A stretch of DNA of 64,000 bases from the human T2T-CHM13v2.0 reference genome, Homo sapiens. The stretch is from NCBI RefSeq assembly GCF_009914755.1, contig NC_060936.1, one strand, 5' to 3'. The notes under the pieces are model-generated. The model was not told the origin of the DNA and ran no database searches. It was given only the letters and a program-made list of their open reading frames with translations. A program made the translations under genes and the position numbers. Position 1 is the first letter of the stretch. Each line of letters starts with the position of its first letter. Shown piece by piece: positions 61,101-64,000 of the stretch.

Positions 61101-62835
61101 GAGAAAATGATATTACATCCAATATCGCAGGGGTTGTATACCCCCCTGTGATATTGGCCGTAATATCCAAGTGCAGAGAGGATGATATTACTCTTCACAT
61201 TGCAGCGGGTGTACCCCCCCGTGTAATATTGCTCGTAATATCCAGGGAGGAAGAGAATAATATTACTCTTAATATTGAAGGGGGTGTACACCCCCCTGTG
61301 ATATTGTTCTTTATATCCAGGGGAAGAGAGGATATTATTCCCAATATCACAGGGTTTGTACACCCTCCTGTGATAGTGTTCGTAATATCCAGGGTGTGAG
61401 AGGATGATATTACTCCCAATATCACAGGAGGTGTACATCCTTCTGTGATAATGTTCACAATATCCAGAGACAGAAAGGATGATTTTACTTCAAACATTGC
61501 AGGGGTGTACACACCCCTTTGATATTGCTCGTAATATCCAAAGGAAGAGATGATGATATTATTTCTAATATCGCTGGAGGTGTACACCACCCTGAGATGT
61601 TGTTGGTAATATCCAGGGACTGAAAGGATGATATTACTCCCAACATCGCAGAGAGTGTACGTACGCACCACCCTGTGACGTTGTTCGCAATATCCAGGCT
61701 GGGAGAGGATGAAATTACTCCCAACATTGGAGGAGGTGTACACCCTTCTGTGTTACTGTTTATAATATCCAGATAGAGAGAGAGTAATATTATTTCTAAT
61801 ATCACTGGAGGTGTATACCCTCCAGTGATATTATTCTTAACCTCCAGGGGAGCAGAGGATGATATTACTCCCATTATCGCAGGGGGTGTATACCAACCTT
61901 GTGATATTGTTCCTAATATCCAGGTGAGGATGATATTACTAACAATATTGCAAGGCGAGTACACACCCCCACCATGATATTGTTCCTAATATTTAGACAA
62001 GGAGAGGATAATATTACTTCCATTATCACAGAGGGTGTATACCAACCTTGTGATATTGTTCCTAATATCAAGAGGAAAAAGATTGATGTTAATTGCAATA
62101 CTGCTGGGAATGTACACCCAGGCTTGTGATTTGTTTCTATTGTGCAGGGAGGGAGAGGAGAATATTACTCCCATTATCACAGGGGGTGTATACCTTCTTG
62201 AGATACTGTATATAATATCCAGGAAGAAAGATAATATTACTCCCTATAGAGAAAATAAACTGTGTGTACATCCCCCGTGATAGGGTTTGTAATATCCAGG
62301 AGAAGAGAGTGATATTTCTCCTCCTATCGCGGGGATGCACACCCCTCTTTGATACGGTTTGTAATATCCAGGAGGGGAGAGGGTGACATTACTCCCCCTA
62401 TCGCAGGGTTGCACACCCCCCTGTGATAGGGTTCGCAATATCCAGTGGGGGAGAGGGTGATATACTCCCCCTATCGCGGGGGGTGTACACTCCCCTGTGG
62501 TAGGGTTTGTAATATCCAGGGTGGGGAGAAAGTGATATTACTCCCCCTATCGCGGGGCGTGCACAGTTCTTCGTGATGTCACACCCCCCTTTGTAATTAC
62601 ACACTCCCCTGTGATAGGGTTCGTAATATCCAGTGGGGGAGAGGGTGACATTTCTCGCCCTGTTGAGGGGGGTGCACACCCCCCTGTGATAGGTTTCATA
62701 ATATCCAGAGGGGCGAGAGGGTGATATTACTCCCCCTATCGTGGGGGGTGTAGACTCCCCTATGGTAGAGTTTATAATATCCAGGGTGGGGAGAAAGTGA
62801 TATTACTCCCCCTATTGCGGGGCATGTATAGTTCT
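58166..62835 (+). repeat. SATR2-type satellite (~70-75 bp monomers, three sub-variants)
   Basis: Tandem gatattgttcctaatatccagggggagaggatgatattactcccaatatcgcagggggtgtacacccctgt and its variants. Confidence 0.85.
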
Positions 62836-62844
62836 TTGTAATAC

Positions 62845-63146
62845 CTACCTTGCAATTAGAAGTAACATTTTCCTAGAATATTTTAAATAATTTCACAGGG
62901 TGTACACCTACTCTGCCATTAGAAGTAACATCTCCCCTATGCAATTACGAATAATATCACAAGGTGTACACCCACCGTGACATTAGGAGTAACATCTCAG
63001 TAGGATATTATGAATATTATCAATGGTTGTACCCTCATTGTGACATTAGGTGTAACATCTCCGTAGGATATTACGAATAATATAACTGGAAGTATACCCT
63101 GTATGATATTAGGAGTAACATCTTCTTTGGATATTATGAATAATAT
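62845..63146 (-). repeat. Inverted SATR1-type block (~5 monomers)
   Basis: gtgacattaggagtaacatctc..taggatattatgaataatatc is the reverse complement of the SATR1-type monomer. Confidence 0.9.
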
Positions 63147-63178
63147 TAATTAACAATTACGATAATAATTATTAATAT

Positions 63179-64000
63179 GATATTATTCATAATTTCCTAG
63201 GAGAATGTTATTCCTAATGTCACAGTGTGTGTATACCATGTGTGTACACCTAGTGGTATTATTCATAGTATCCTAGAAAAATGTTACTCCTAATGTCACA
63301 GTGTGTGTACAGCATGTGTGCACAGTCTGTGATATTATGCATAACATCCTAGGGGGATGTTACATGGGTGTACATTCTATGATATTATCTTTAATATCCT
63401 CGGGGATGTTACTTTTAACGTCACAGTGGGTGTATAAGATGTTTGTATATCCTGTGTTATTGTTCATAATATCATGGGGGATGTTACTTGTAATGTCACA
63501 GTGAGTGTTAATACAAAATGTGTGTACTCCCAGTGATACTAATTGTAATATCCTAGGGAGATGTTACTCCTAAGGTCACAGTGGGTGTACACCATATGTG
63601 TATACCCCCTGTGATATAATTTGTAATATCTTGGTGAGATGTTATATTTAATGTCACCGTGGGTGTACAGTCTGTGGTATTATTTGTAATATCCTAGGGA
63701 GATGTCATACCTAATGTCACAGTGAGTGTACACGATGTGTGTACACCCTGTGATATTATTCATAATATTCTAAAAAAAGTTACTTCTAATGTCACAGTGG
63801 GTGTACATTCTGTGTGTACACCGTGTGATATTGTATGTAATATCCTAGGGGAATGTTACCCCTAATGTCACAGTGGGTTTACACTCTGTGTATATACTCT
63901 GTGATATTATTTGTAATATCCCATGGGGACATTACTCCTAATGTGACAGTTGGTGTACACCATGTGTGTTCACCCTGTGGTATTATTCGTAAAATCCTAG
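63179..64000 (+). repeat. SATR1-type satellite, continuing past the window end
   Basis: Same monomer as 56903-58165, mostly the long form. Confidence 0.88.

Noticed and set aside
56903-64000. CRISPR-like array (palindromic repeats at regular spacing) and repetitive ORFs up to 193 aa
   Set aside because: The intervening sequences are homologous to each other rather than unique spacers, there are no cas genes, and the context is primate DNA. The ORFs are satellite translations.

Overview
Human/primate-type genomic DNA that is AT-rich and dominated by repeats. No host protein-coding gene can be supported, and every sizeable ORF maps to a transposon remnant, microsatellite or satellite. Main contents in order: an ERV9/LTR12-family provirus with large internal deletions (203-5487, TSD AGAT) inserted in a 5'-inverted L1PA; two more 5'-inverted L1PAs (7946-10499, 27061-28680); many Alus, MaLR/ERVL/ERV1 solo LTRs, Tigger1/MER2/MER5A, L2/MIR and old L1M fragments; an internally deleted HERV-L (47525-49294); a fragment of an ancient L2-clade ORF2 (~51.3-51.5 kb); and a SATR1/SATR2-type satellite from ~56.9 kb to the window end. 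The most striking observation is in the satellite. Each monomer carries a ~35-bp palindrome centred on GTGTACAC whose two arms change together in four sub-arrays (TAATATC/GATATTA, CAATATC/GATATTG, CCATATC/GATATGG, CCCTATC/GATAGGG). The array also shows a flipped loop, hairpin-tip deletions and an inverted block. Other events worth checking are a probable L1 3' transduction (~45.05-45.85 kb), a recent templated 287-bp duplication inside an old L1, a fold-back insertion in an LTR16-like element, and discordant LTRs of one provirus. Repeat subfamily names come from recalled consensus sequences, not from a search, and boundaries of old repeats are approximate.
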